A stretch of DNA of 63,966 nucleotides, counting the filler, from Thermodesulfobacteriota bacterium (GTDB lineage Bacteria > DASVDK01), in the NCBI GenBank assembly GCA_036381125.1. It is 8 parts of 8 records of this genome, joined end to end, with 100 filler letters (N's around TTAATTAATTAA, not from the genome) between each part and the next. Parts side by side here need not be neighbours in the genome. Positions count along the whole stretch, not along the records: positions 28,126 to 33,023 come from DASVDK010000148.1; positions 33,124 to 47,023 come from DASVDK010000149.1; 6 more parts are not named here. One strand, given 5' to 3'. Numbering within the stretch: the first letter of the stretch is position 1; every line of letters starts with the position of its first letter. A model generated the notes under the pieces. The model saw only the letters and a list, made by a program, of their open reading frames with translations. It did not search any database and was not told the origin of the DNA. Below are positions 29,023 through 38,675 of the stretch, one piece after another. A program made the translations under genes and the position numbers.

Positions 29023-29937
29023 ATGCCGGGCGACCTCATGTCCACGCGCGAGGTGGCGGCCTACCTCGGGGTCCACGAGAAGCAGGTCTACGTGCTGGTC
29101 AAGCGCGGCGCCATCCCGGCCACGCGGGTGACCGGGAAGTACGTCTTCCCCCGGCACCTCGTCGACGACTGGATCGAGCGGCAGGCGAGACGCACCCCCC
29201 GCGACGAGGCGAGGGCCAGGCGCCTCGAGACGAGCCTCATGGCGGCCGGCAGCGACGACCTTGCCCTGCGCCGCCTGCAAGACCTGCTGCTCGACCAGGC
29301 GCCGGAGACCTACCTCTTCGCGGCGGCCACCGGCAGCCGCGCCGGGCTCGCGGCCCTCGCCGCCGACCGGGCCGACCTCGCGTTCTGCCACCTGTTCGAC
29401 CCGGCGACCGGCGAGTACAACGTCCCCTTCGTCCGCCGCGAGCTGGCGGCCGTCCCGGTCGTGATCGTCACCGTGCTCCACCGCGAGATCGGCCTCGTCG
29501 TCGCGCCCGGCAACCCCAGGCGGATCGCCGACGTGCGCGACCTCGCCCGTTCCGGCGTGCGTCTCGCCAACCGGCAGCGCGGGTCGGGAACGCGGCTGCT
29601 CCTCGACGCCCGGCTCGCGGAGGCGGGCATCCCCGCCGCGAAGGTGGCCGGCTACCGCCGCGAGCTGCGCACGCACCTCGAGGTGGGGCTGTCGGTCCTG
29701 CGGGGCGAGGCGGATGTCGGCGTCGCGGAGGCGGGCGTCGCTCGCCTGCTCGGCCTCGACATGCTGCCGATCGCGCGCGAGCGGTTCGACGTGATCGTTC
29801 GGAAGGACACCTACTTCGCCCGGCCGGTCCAGCGTCTCCTCGAGACGGTGGCCGGCAGGCGCTTCAAGGACTACCTCCGGCGCCTCGGCGGCTACGGCAC
29901 GGAGGAGTCCGGGAGGATCGTCCATGCATCCGTCTAG
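29023..29937 (+). CDS. Excisionase-type HTH plus periplasmic-binding-like domain regulator (molybdate/tungstate-associated)
   Basis: LMSTREVAAYLGVHEKQVYVLVKRGAIPATRVTGKYVFP, then GSDD, GSRAGL and NRQRGSGTR. Confidence 0.85.
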   Translation: MPGDLMSTREVAAYLGVHEKQVYVLVKRGAIPATRVTGKYVFPRHLVDDWIERQARRTPRDEARARRLETSLMAAGSDDLALRRLQDLLLDQAPETYLFAAATGSRAGLAALAADRADLAFCHLFDPATGEYNVPFVRRELAAVPVVIVTVLHREIGLVVAPGNPRRIADVRDLARSGVRLANRQRGSGTRLLLDARLAEAGIPAAKVAGYRRELRTHLEVGLSVLRGEADVGVAEAGVARLLGLDMLPIARERFDVIVRKDTYFARPVQRLLETVAGRRFKDYLRRLGGYGTEESGRIVHASV

Positions 29938-30781
29938 GCGTATGGTGCTCTGGCTGGCCGCGGTGGTCGCGGCGTCGCTCCTCTCGGTCGACCGCGCCCA
30001 GGGGGCTCCGGAGACGCGCGACGTCATCCTCTCGACGACGACGAGCACGATGGACTCGGGGCTCCTCGACGTCCTGATCCCGATGTTCGAGAAGAAAACC
30101 GGCTACCGGGTGAAGCCGATCTCGGTCGGCACCGGCCAGGCGCTGGCGCTCGCCGAGCGGGGCGAGGCGGACATGGTCCTCGCCCACGCGGCGGCAGCGG
30201 AGAAGAAGCTGGTCGACGCGGGCCACGTGATCAACTGGTCGCTCGTCATGCACAACGACTTCGTCATCGTCGGCCCGCCGGCCGACCCGGCGAAGGTCAA
30301 GGGGACCGCGAAGACGACCGATGCGATGCGCCGGATCGCCGAGGCGGAGGCCACCTTCATCTCCCGGGGCGACGACTCGGGCACGCACAAGAAGGAGCAG
30401 GCGCTCTGGAAGAGCGCCGGGGTGGCGCCCTCGGGCGGCTGGTATCAGGAGGCCGGGCAGGGCATGGGGCAGACGCTCAACATCGCGTCGGAGAAGGGGG
30501 CCTACACGCTGACCGACCGCGGCACCTACCTGTCGCTCCAGCGGAACCTCCGGCTCGAGGTCCTCCACGAGGGGGACGCGCCGCTCCTCAACGTGTACCA
30601 CGTGATGAACGTGAACCCGGCGAAGCACCCGAAGGTCAACGCCGCCGGAGGCAAGGCGTTCGTCGACTTCATGGTGTCGCCCGAGGCGCAGTCGGTCATC
30701 CGCACGTTCGGCGTCGAGAAGTACGGCTCGCCGCTCTTCTTCCCCGACGCCGGGAAGTCGGAGGCCGAGGTCGGCGGCTAG
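29924..30781 (+). CDS. tupA: Tungstate ABC transporter substrate-binding protein
   Basis: STTTSTMDSGLL, VGTGQAL, FISRGDDSGTH and YTLTDRGTY. Confidence 0.92.
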   Translation: MHPSRRMVLWLAAVVAASLLSVDRAQGAPETRDVILSTTTSTMDSGLLDVLIPMFEKKTGYRVKPISVGTGQALALAERGEADMVLAHAAAAEKKLVDAGHVINWSLVMHNDFVIVGPPADPAKVKGTAKTTDAMRRIAEAEATFISRGDDSGTHKKEQALWKSAGVAPSGGWYQEAGQGMGQTLNIASEKGAYTLTDRGTYLSLQRNLRLEVLHEGDAPLLNVYHVMNVNPAKHPKVNAAGGKAFVDFMVSPEAQSVIRTFGVEKYGSPLFFPDAGKSEAEVGG

Positions 30782-30790
30782 GTCTCTCGC

Positions 30791-31489
30791 GTGGACCTCG
30801 TCTGGGACGGCATCCGACAGGCCTTCTGGCTCCTCGTCACGGGCGACCCCGAGGTCGTCGCGGTCACGTGGCTCTCGCTGCGCGTCTCGGGGACGGCCAC
30901 GCTGGTGAGCCTCGTCGTCGGCATCCCGATCGGGACGCTCCTGGCCCTGACCCGCTTCCCGGGCCGGAGCGTCCTCCTCGCGGCCGTCAACACCGGCATG
31001 GGCATGCCGCCGGTCGTGGTCGGCCTCTTCGTCACGATCCTCCTGTGGCGGAGCGGGCCGCTCGGGATCCTGGGCCTCCTCTACAGCCCCACCGCGATGG
31101 TCGTGGCCCAGGTGATCATCGCCGCGCCGATGGTGACCGGCCTGACCGTCGCCGCCATGCAGGGCCTCGACCCGCGCCTGCGCCTCCAGCTCCTGGGGCT
31201 CGGCGCCTCGCGGCCCCAGCTCCTCCTCTCCCTCTGGAAGGAGGCGCGGCTGCCGCTCCTCGCCGCGGTCATGGCCGGCTTCGGCGCCGTCATCTCCGAG
31301 GTGGGCGCGGTGATGATGGTCGGCGGGAACATCAAGGGGCAGACGCGCGTCCTCACCACGGCCACCGTCATGGAGACCGCCCGAGGGAACTTCGACGTGG
31401 CAATCGCCCTCGGCCTCATCCTGCTCCTCCTCGCCTACCTCGTGAACCTCGGCCTCACCATGATCCAGCAGCGAGGAAAGGTACGGTGA
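30791..31489 (+). CDS. tupB: Tungstate ABC transporter permease
   Basis: MPPVVVGL and ISEVGAVMMVGGNIKGQTRVLTTA. Confidence 0.92.
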   Translation: MDLVWDGIRQAFWLLVTGDPEVVAVTWLSLRVSGTATLVSLVVGIPIGTLLALTRFPGRSVLLAAVNTGMGMPPVVVGLFVTILLWRSGPLGILGLLYSPTAMVVAQVIIAAPMVTGLTVAAMQGLDPRLRLQLLGLGASRPQLLLSLWKEARLPLLAAVMAGFGAVISEVGAVMMVGGNIKGQTRVLTTATVMETARGNFDVAIALGLILLLLAYLVNLGLTMIQQRGKVR

Positions 31490-31496
31490 CGCGGCC

Positions 31497-32702
31497 ATGA
31501 ACCTCCTCGAGGTGCGCGGCCTCGAGGTGCGGTTCGGGGACGGCCCGGCCGCGCTCGTCGTGGAGGCGCTCGACGTCGCCGCCGGCGAGACGCTCGCCGT
31601 GATCGGGCCGAACGGGTCGGGGAAGTCGACGCTCTTCGCCGCCCTCGCCTGCGTGCGGCCGTGGGACGCGGGCCGCCTCACGTTCGAGGGGCGGCCGGTC
31701 GAGCCGACCGGCCCGACGGCGCTCGACTATCGCCGGCGGATCGCCACCGTCATGCAGCAGCCGCTCCTCCTCGACATGACGGCGCTCGACAACGCCGCGC
31801 AGGGGCTCCGGTACCGCGGCGTCGGCCGCCGCGAGGCGCGCGCGAAGGCGCAGGCGTGGCTCGACCGGCTCGGGATCGGCCACCTCGCGAGCCGGCGGGC
31901 GAGGCACCTGTCGGGCGGCGAGGCGCAGCGGGTGAGCCTCGCCCGGGCCATGGCGATCGAGCCGCGGCTCATCCTCCTCGACGAGCCGTTCGCCCCGCTC
32001 GACGCGCCGAGCCGGGCCGCCTTCATCGCGGACCTGCGCCGCGTGCTCGCCGAGACGGAGACGACGGCGCTCCTGGTGACCCACGATCGGTCCGAGGCGC
32101 TCATGCTCGCCGACCGGGTGGCGGTCCTCCTCGGCGGCCGGATCGTCCAGGTCGGCACGCCCACGGAGGTCTTCGAGGCGCCGGCGGACGAGCGGGTGGC
32201 GGCGTTCGTCGGCGTCGAGACGATCCAGCCGGGGGTCCTCGATTCCGTGGACGACGGCCTCGGCGTGGTGCGCGTCTTCGGCCCGGGCGGCGTCGTGTCT
32301 CGCGTCGAGGTCCGCACCGACCTGCCGGCCGGGTCGGCGGTTCACGTCTGCGTGCGGCCCGAGGACGTCGCGGTCAGCCCCCGTGCGGCTGGTCCCGACG
32401 CCCGCGAGGGCGCGACGAGCGTCCGCAACCGGCTGCCCGGCGTGGTACGCGCCGTCCTGCCGCTCGAGGGGCAGTTCCGCGTGACGATCGACTGCGGCTT
32501 CCCGCTGGTGGCCACGGTCACGAAGCGCGCCTTCGTCGAACTCGGCCTCGCCGAGGGGCGCGCCGTGGTGGCGGCGTTCAAGGCGACGGCCGCGCACCTC
32601 GTCCCGCGCCCTCCCGTCCGGGAGGGGGAGCGTCCGCCGCAGGCCGACCCGCCGGCCGGCGAGGCGGCGGCCGGGCCGGTGGCGGCGTGCCAGGAGGGAT
32701 GA
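31497..32702 (+). CDS. tupC: Tungstate ABC transporter ATPase with C-terminal TOBE domain
   Basis: GPNGSGKST, LSGGEAQRVSLARA and LDEPF, with C-terminal SVRNRLPG...FKATAAHL (TOBE). Confidence 0.85.
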   Translation: MNLLEVRGLEVRFGDGPAALVVEALDVAAGETLAVIGPNGSGKSTLFAALACVRPWDAGRLTFEGRPVEPTGPTALDYRRRIATVMQQPLLLDMTALDNAAQGLRYRGVGRREARAKAQAWLDRLGIGHLASRRARHLSGGEAQRVSLARAMAIEPRLILLDEPFAPLDAPSRAAFIADLRRVLAETETTALLVTHDRSEALMLADRVAVLLGGRIVQVGTPTEVFEAPADERVAAFVGVETIQPGVLDSVDDGLGVVRVFGPGGVVSRVEVRTDLPAGSAVHVCVRPEDVAVSPRAAGPDAREGATSVRNRLPGVVRAVLPLEGQFRVTIDCGFPLVATVTKRAFVELGLAEGRAVVAAFKATAAHLVPRPPVREGERPPQADPPAGEAAAGPVAACQEG

Positions 32703-33023
32703 GCGGGGTGAGAACCGTGTCCGCCGACGAGCTTGCCCGGCTGCGCGCCGACCCGAGGCTGGCGGTGGGCGACGAGGCCATCGTCTGTCTCGCGTGCGGT
32801 CGCGCCTTCAGGCAACTCACGAACACGCACCTCGCGGCGCACGGCCTCGACGCGGCCGCCTACAAGGCGCGCTACGGGTACAACGCCGGCCGCCCCCTCA
32901 TGTGCACGGCCCTCGTCGGCCTCTATCGCGACCGCGCGAGGGCCCAGGGACTTGCCGGCCGCATCCGCAGCCGTCCGCTCGCTCTGATCCCGGACCTCCG
33001 CCGCCTGGGCGGTCGACGGGAGA
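32699..33023 (+). CDS. MucR/Ros-like zinc-finger protein (3' truncated)
   Basis: ATGA overlap with tupC. AIVCLACGRAFRQLTNTHLAAHGLDAAAYKARYGY matches the CxxC...H...H and YRxxyG pattern. Confidence 0.7.
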
Positions 33024-33123
33024 NNNNNNNNNNNNNNNNNNNNNNNNNNNNNNNNNNNNNNNNNNNNTTAATTAATTAANNNNNNNNNNNNNNNNNNNNN
33101 NNNNNNNNNNNNNNNNNNNNNNN
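33024..33123. other. Artificial contig linker
   Basis: N44-TTAATTAATTAA-N44. Confidence 0.98.
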
Positions 33124-33586
<463 letters not shown>

Positions 33587-33712
33587 GACGGAATCCTCCA
33601 GCCCGTTCTGACGTTCCAGATGTCGCTGTGGGTCGTGCGATGTCGTACGAGCCGCCGGGTCCGGCCGCGCCTCCGTCGCCCGGTACGCGGACTGGGCGAG
33701 ACCCGACGGGTA

Positions 33713-33739
33713 CTAGCACTCACCGACTGCGAGTGCTAA
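33713..33739 (-). promoter_or_regulatory. CIRCE element (HrcA operator)
   Basis: Minus strand TTAGCACTC-N9-GAGTGCTAG upstream of groES. It lies just downstream of TTGTCA(33778)-N18-TAGACT(33754). Confidence 0.93.
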
Positions 33740-33828
33740 CCGACACGGAGTCTAGACGCGCCCCCTCCGGGCTGACAAGGGCACTTTAGAGCAGTATTAT
33801 CGCGCCGTCGAGGCGGAAGCGAGCGGCC

Positions 33829-34752
33829 CTACGGGTTGGGGGCTATCCCCAGCCTGTCCACAACCTGTGGAGCACGGTTGTAGAAGCGGCAGACGGGGCG
33901 GAGAGGGCAGGGGGCGCAGCGCGCGACGTCGCGGCGGCGAGGACAGCGGTCGAGGATGCCGAGGCGGCAGATGGCGAAGTCGTACCGGACCGGATCGGCC
34001 GGATCGAGGCGCCGCAGCCGCGCCGTGATCTCCGCGGCCGTCCGCCAGTCGTCCGACCGGCGTCGCGTGAGGCCGATGTAGCGAGCGATGCGGCCCACGT
34101 GGACGTCGAGCGGGATCACGAGGCGCGCGGGGGCGAGCCGCCGCCAGAGGCCGAGGTCGATCCCGTCGTCGGGGCGCGCCACCCACCGGAGGAAGAGGTT
34201 CAGACGCTTGCAGGCGCTGCCGTCCGCGGGCGAGACGAAGAAGAAGCGAACGCCGGCGCGCGGCGGGATCCGGCGGGCGCCCCGGTAGAGCGGAAACGGG
34301 TCGACCGCGAGCGCCGCGGCGCTGAAGGCCGCGAGGGCCGGCTTCACGTCGGCCGCCGCGGGGTCGTCGCCCGCGAGGAAGGCGTCCTCGAGCGAGCCGT
34401 GGCGCTCGGCGAGCCGCCGCAGGATCAGGCAGAGGGCGGCCAGGTCCTCGCCGACGTTGAAGCGGTGGACGAAGCCGTCGAAGGCGGCGGCGTCGCGCGC
34501 CGGGTCGAAGCGCCGGACGAAGGCGGCCGGCGAGGGCCCCATGCGGCCGAGCGCGTCGGCGACGCTCGACCTGATCGCCTTGACGTTCCCGTAGGCGAGG
34601 GCCGAGGCGACGAACGCCGCCACCTCCCGGTCCGCGGGGTCGGCGTAGCGGCGGGGGAACTCGAGCGGGTCGGGGGCGATCTGCTCCGGCGTGAATGCCG
34701 CCGCGAGGGCGTCGAGGCGCGCCTTGAGCGCCTGGTCGCGCAGCCTCGCCAC
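33829..34752 (-). CDS. TIGR02757 (DUF2400) family protein
   Basis: DPLEFPRRY, SACKRLNLFLRW, LVIPLDVHV and DPADPVRYDFA, with a C-terminal Cys cluster. Confidence 0.85.
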   Translation of the reverse strand: MARLRDQALKARLDALAAAFTPEQIAPDPLEFPRRYADPADREVAAFVASALAYGNVKAIRSSVADALGRMGPSPAAFVRRFDPARDAAAFDGFVHRFNVGEDLAALCLILRRLAERHGSLEDAFLAGDDPAAADVKPALAAFSAAALAVDPFPLYRGARRIPPRAGVRFFFVSPADGSACKRLNLFLRWVARPDDGIDLGLWRRLAPARLVIPLDVHVGRIARYIGLTRRRSDDWRTAAEITARLRRLDPADPVRYDFAICRLGILDRCPRRRDVARCAPCPLRPVCRFYNRAPQVVDRLGIAPNP

Positions 34753-35595
34753 TTACGGGACGATCGGCAGGGCGATCCGCCGCGCCGCGCGCCGAGGGCC
34801 GGCGGTGCCTCGCGTGATGCGGCCCTGCACGCGCCCGGCCGCCAGCTTCGCGGGCGGCACGAGCAGCTCGTCGACGTGGACGTTCGCCATCGCGCGCAGG
34901 AGCGTCTCCTTGACGCCCGGGTTGCGGTCCTCGAGGTCGCCGAGGAGCCACTTCACCTGCTTGCGCTGCAGCTCCGGCGAGCCGCACATGGGGCAGCCGC
35001 ACGCCGTGATCGGGAAGCCCTGCTCGGCGGCGTAGTCGGCGAGGTCCTGCTCCCAGACGTAGGCGAGGGGACGGATCACCACGTGACGGCCGTCGTCCGA
35101 GCGCCGCTTCGGCGCCATCGTGCGGATCTTCCCGCCGAAGAGCTGATTGAGGAGCAGCGTCTCCACCAGGTCGTCCGCGTGATGGCCGAGGGCGACCTTC
35201 GTGGCGCCGACCTCGCCCGCGAGCGCGTAGAGGAACCCGCGCCGCTGCCGCGAGCAGAAGGCGCAGAGGGTGATGCCGGACGCCATCTTCCCCTCGAGGT
35301 CGTACGCCTCCTGCCGGACGATCCGGTGCTCGTACCCGTTGGCCAGGTACCAGGCCCTGAGCGGCTCGGCGTCGAAGCCGGCGTAGCCCTGGTCGAGGGT
35401 GCCGGCGACGAGCGTGTAGCGCACCGGCGAGCGGCGGCGCAGCAGGTCGAGCACGCGCAGGAGCGCCATCGAGTCCTTGCCGCCGGACACCCCGACGAGG
35501 ATCCGATCGCCCTCCTCGACGAGCCCGAAGTCGGCGATCGCCTGGCCGACGCGGCGGGTGATGCGGCGCTCGAGGTCGCTGGCGTATCGCGGCAT
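34753..35595 (-). CDS. ttcA: tRNA 2-thiocytidine biosynthesis protein
   Basis: PP-loop SGGKDS, CAFCSRQRRG, LGHHADD, VIRPL and CGCPMC. A TACAAT lies 7 nt upstream of the ATG. Confidence 0.85.
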   Translation of the reverse strand: MPRYASDLERRITRRVGQAIADFGLVEEGDRILVGVSGGKDSMALLRVLDLLRRRSPVRYTLVAGTLDQGYAGFDAEPLRAWYLANGYEHRIVRQEAYDLEGKMASGITLCAFCSRQRRGFLYALAGEVGATKVALGHHADDLVETLLLNQLFGGKIRTMAPKRRSDDGRHVVIRPLAYVWEQDLADYAAEQGFPITACGCPMCGSPELQRKQVKWLLGDLEDRNPGVKETLLRAMANVHVDELLVPPAKLAAGRVQGRITRGTAGPRRAARRIALPIVP

Positions 35596-35761
35596 GCGGG
35601 GAATTGTACCGCCCCGGCCTTGACAGCCCGGCGCGAGCGGGCCGATAGTGCTCCTACAGGCCGCGCATCTCTGCTCGTCGCGCCCATCGGCCATGTCGGC
35701 CCGAAGGGCGCCCGCGTTTCGTGGGCCGTCCGCCGCGTCGGAGGCGGCGAGGAGGAGGCCG

Positions 35762-37093
35762 ATGAGAGGCGCAGTCGCCGGGCTCGCGCTCGCGACCCTC
35801 GGCGTGCTGGCGGCGGGCGGCGCCGCCGCTGCGAAGACCGTGACCGTCCCCATCACCTTCGACGGCGAGGTCCCCGTCCGCTGCGCCGTCGAGCCGCTCG
35901 GGACCTGCCACAACCGCTGGCACCCGGACATCCCCGCGGTCGCGGAGGCCGACCCGGGCGACACCGTCGTCTTCCAGACCCGGGACGCCTTCGACAACCA
36001 GTTCAGCCGCGGATCGAGCGCCTCCGACGTCATGGCCGCCAACCTGAACCTCGTCCACCCGCTCACCGGCCCGGTCCACGTGCGGGGGGCGAGGGCCGGG
36101 GACGTCCTCGCCGTCAGGGTGGAGGACATCGCGCCCGGGCCGGACCGGTTCGGCTACACGGTGATCGTCCCGGGGTTCGGCTTCCTGCGCGACGTGTTTC
36201 CCGACCCCTTCATCGTCCGGTGGGACCTCGACCGCGGTGGGGAGGGTGGGTTCGTCGCGAGGTCGCGCGACATGCCCGGCGTGGGGATCCCCATCGGCGC
36301 CTTCGCCGGCACGATCGGCGTCGCCCTCGGTCCCTCGCAGACCGAGGCCGCCTTCCAGCGCGAGGCCGACCTCGCGGCCGCGGGCGGCTTCGTGCTCCAG
36401 CCCCAGGACGGCGGCGCCGCGTTCGACGCCGTGCCCCAGGAGGTCTGCGGCCCCGATCGCCCGGCGGCGTCACGGTGCCTCCGCACGGTCCCGCCGCGCG
36501 AGAACGGCGGGAACATGGACGTGAAGCAGATGGTGAAGGGGACGACGCTCCTCTTCCCCTGCTTCGTGGACGGCTGCCTCCTCTCGGTGGGCGACGTCCA
36601 CTTCGCCCAGGGCGACGGCGAGGTGTCCGGAACGGCGATCGAGATGAACGCCGTGGTCACCGTGAAGCTGCAGATCCGCCGCGGCCAGGCCGCGCACGTC
36701 CCCAGGCCCCAGATCGAGGGGACGCGCAAGCCGGGGATCCTCAAGCGGCTCGAGCCGGACCGGTTCCTCGCCACGACCGGCATGCCGCTCAAGCCGGCAG
36801 GGGAAGCGAACCCGCAGCTCGACTACCTCAACTCGACCCTCGTCACCGGCCTGGCGAACCTCTCCGAGGACGTCACGGTGGCCGCGCGGGACGCGCTCCT
36901 GCACATGATCGACCTCCTCACGGGGCCGAACTCGCCGGCGCCCGTCTCGCTGTCGCGCGAGCAGGCGTACGTGCTCTCGAGCGTGGCGGTGGACCTCAGG
37001 ATCAGCAACCTCGTCGACACGCCGAACTTCGTCGTCACGGCCTTCCTGCCGCTCGACGTGTTCGAGCGGACCAGACGGCGGGCGCGCGACTGA
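35762..37093 (+). CDS. Acetamidase/formamidase-family protein with signal peptide
   Basis: HNRWHPDIP, HPLTGPV, PPRENGGNMD, GDVHFAQGDGEV and EQAYVLSSVAVDLRIS. GGAGG RBS. Confidence 0.9.
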   Translation: MRGAVAGLALATLGVLAAGGAAAAKTVTVPITFDGEVPVRCAVEPLGTCHNRWHPDIPAVAEADPGDTVVFQTRDAFDNQFSRGSSASDVMAANLNLVHPLTGPVHVRGARAGDVLAVRVEDIAPGPDRFGYTVIVPGFGFLRDVFPDPFIVRWDLDRGGEGGFVARSRDMPGVGIPIGAFAGTIGVALGPSQTEAAFQREADLAAAGGFVLQPQDGGAAFDAVPQEVCGPDRPAASRCLRTVPPRENGGNMDVKQMVKGTTLLFPCFVDGCLLSVGDVHFAQGDGEVSGTAIEMNAVVTVKLQIRRGQAAHVPRPQIEGTRKPGILKRLEPDRFLATTGMPLKPAGEANPQLDYLNSTLVTGLANLSEDVTVAARDALLHMIDLLTGPNSPAPVSLSREQAYVLSSVAVDLRISNLVDTPNFVVTAFLPLDVFERTRRRARD

Positions 37094-37107
37094 CGGCGGC
37101 CGGGGCG

Positions 37108-38028
37108 GTGCGCTCGCTGACGCGCCGGCGCTGGCTCGCGGCAGCGGTCACGTCGGCGGCGCCGCTGCTCGCGGGGCACGCCCCCTACCGGCAGTGGCAC
37201 GTCTACCGGCAGCGGCGGCTCGTCCTCGTGGTCAACGAGGCGGACGGCACCGCCGTCCGCCTCGGCGACGCGGCGGCGGCGGCGCTCGCCGCGGGCCTGC
37301 CGGAGAGCCGCGCCCTGCTCGCGACCGCCGCGTCGGCGCGGGACCTGGTCGCCCTCCTGCGCAGCGGCCAGCTCGACATGGCCGTCCTGCCGGCCGACGA
37401 GGCGGTCGCGGCCTACACCGGGGCGCCGGACTTCGGCGGCTGGCCGGTCGCGTTGACGGCGGTCGCGCGCCTCGGGTCGGTCCGCCTGCACCTGCTCGTG
37501 CCCGGCGACCGGGCGGTCCGGCGCGCGGCAGGCCTCGGGCGCGGGCCGGTCGGCGTCGGCGTCGAGGCCTACCGGACGGCCGCCGTGACGGAGCGCGTGC
37601 TCGCGGCGAGCGGCGCGTCGGCCGCGCGGCTCGAGCCGCTGGCCGTCGGCGAGGCGGCGCACGCGCTGCGCGAGCGGCGCATCGAGGCGTTCGCCTGGCT
37701 CGACGACGTCCCGAGCGCTACCGTGCGCCGCCTGCAGGCCGAGGTCCCGGCCGGGCTGCGGCTCGTCGACCAGGGCGAGCTGCTGCCGCGGCTTGCCGAG
37801 CGGCACGGCGCCGTCTATCGCGAGGAGGTCGTCCCGGCCGGCACCTATCCCGGCGGCACGAGCGACGTGCGCGTCGCCGCCCTGCCCTACCTGCTCGTCT
37901 GCCGGCCGGTGGTGGCCGACGAGGTGGCCCACGACGTCGCGGCGGCCCTCGGCGCGCCGGCTCCCGATCCGGGTCCGCTGCCGCCCCACCCCGGCCTGGC
38001 CCACGACGCGCCCGCCGTCGGCCCCTGA
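37108..38028 (+). CDS. Divergent TAXI-like substrate-binding protein with a Tat-like signal
   Basis: TRRRWLAA signal, GHAPYRQWHVYRQ, LLRSGQLDMAVL, VPAGTYPG and PLPPHPG. The C-terminal half resembles the TAXI protein at 18051. Confidence 0.6.
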   Translation: MRSLTRRRWLAAAVTSAAPLLAGHAPYRQWHVYRQRRLVLVVNEADGTAVRLGDAAAAALAAGLPESRALLATAASARDLVALLRSGQLDMAVLPADEAVAAYTGAPDFGGWPVALTAVARLGSVRLHLLVPGDRAVRRAAGLGRGPVGVGVEAYRTAAVTERVLAASGASAARLEPLAVGEAAHALRERRIEAFAWLDDVPSATVRRLQAEVPAGLRLVDQGELLPRLAERHGAVYREEVVPAGTYPGGTSDVRVAALPYLLVCRPVVADEVAHDVAAALGAPAPDPGPLPPHPGLAHDAPAVGP

Positions 38029-38081
38029 GCCGCCCGGCCGCGGCAGCGCGACGCGCCGGGCGTGGAGCCCGACCGCTGCGG

Positions 38082-38639
38082 TCAGGCGAGCGTGGTCCTG
38101 AGCGCCCACGGGCTCTCGGGGTAGCGGGCCACGACCTCGCGCCAGGCCGGCCAGAGGTCGTCCTTGTTCCCGCTCGCGCGGTACGCCGCGACCCCTTCCC
38201 AGAAGAGCGCCTCGGCCGCCACGTGGCGCCCGTTCCCACGCTCGCGCATGGCGCGCAGGCGATCGCGCGCCGCCGCGGCGCGTGCCGAGCGCAGCTCCAC
38301 GAGCGCCTCCGCCAACTCGAGCTCCGCCAGCAGCTCCGGCGGCGGCAGAAAGCCGATCCACTCCCGGGTCACGATGCCGGCCGGGTGGACGACCACGAGC
38401 GTCGGCGTCCAGAGCACCCGGAACTGCCGGGCCAGGTCCTTCTGCACCGTCACGTCGAGCTTCACCGGGACGAACCGCTCCGCGAGCGTCCGCGCGACCT
38501 CGCCGTCCGGGTAGGTCGCGGCCTCCAGCCGCGCGCAGCCGACTCAGCCCGGCGCCTTGAAGTCGACGAAGAGCGGCCGCCCCGCCTCGCGAGCCTCGGC
38601 CGCCGCGGCCTCGAAGTCCTCCCGCCACGAAATCGCCAT
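38082..38639 (-). CDS. Thioredoxin-fold selenoprotein (UxxC) with a TPR-like C-terminus, 185 aa
   Basis: AAGGAGG RBS, then MAISWREDFEAAAAEAREAGRPLFVDFKAPG-TGA-VGCARLEAATYPD...FVPVKLD...WTPTL. The frame continues through the TGA at 38546-38544. Confidence 0.85.
38515..38543 (-). promoter_or_regulatory. Bacterial SECIS-like hairpin
   Basis: Directly after the UGA: GTCGGCTGCG-CGCGGCT-GGA-GGCCGCG-AC. The apical loop starts with G, 17 nt after the UGA. Confidence 0.65.
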
Positions 38640-38675
38640 GCGCCGCCTCCTTCCGACGGGGCCCACCCTACGGCC

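Noticed and set aside
34099-38028. 1309-aa ORF and similar long Arg/Pro/Gly-rich ORFs (e.g. 42772-45648, 57246-60062, 49413-51923, 43001-45679)
   Set aside because: These are shadow frames of real genes in high-GC DNA. Only 37108-38028 of this ORF looks like a real protein.
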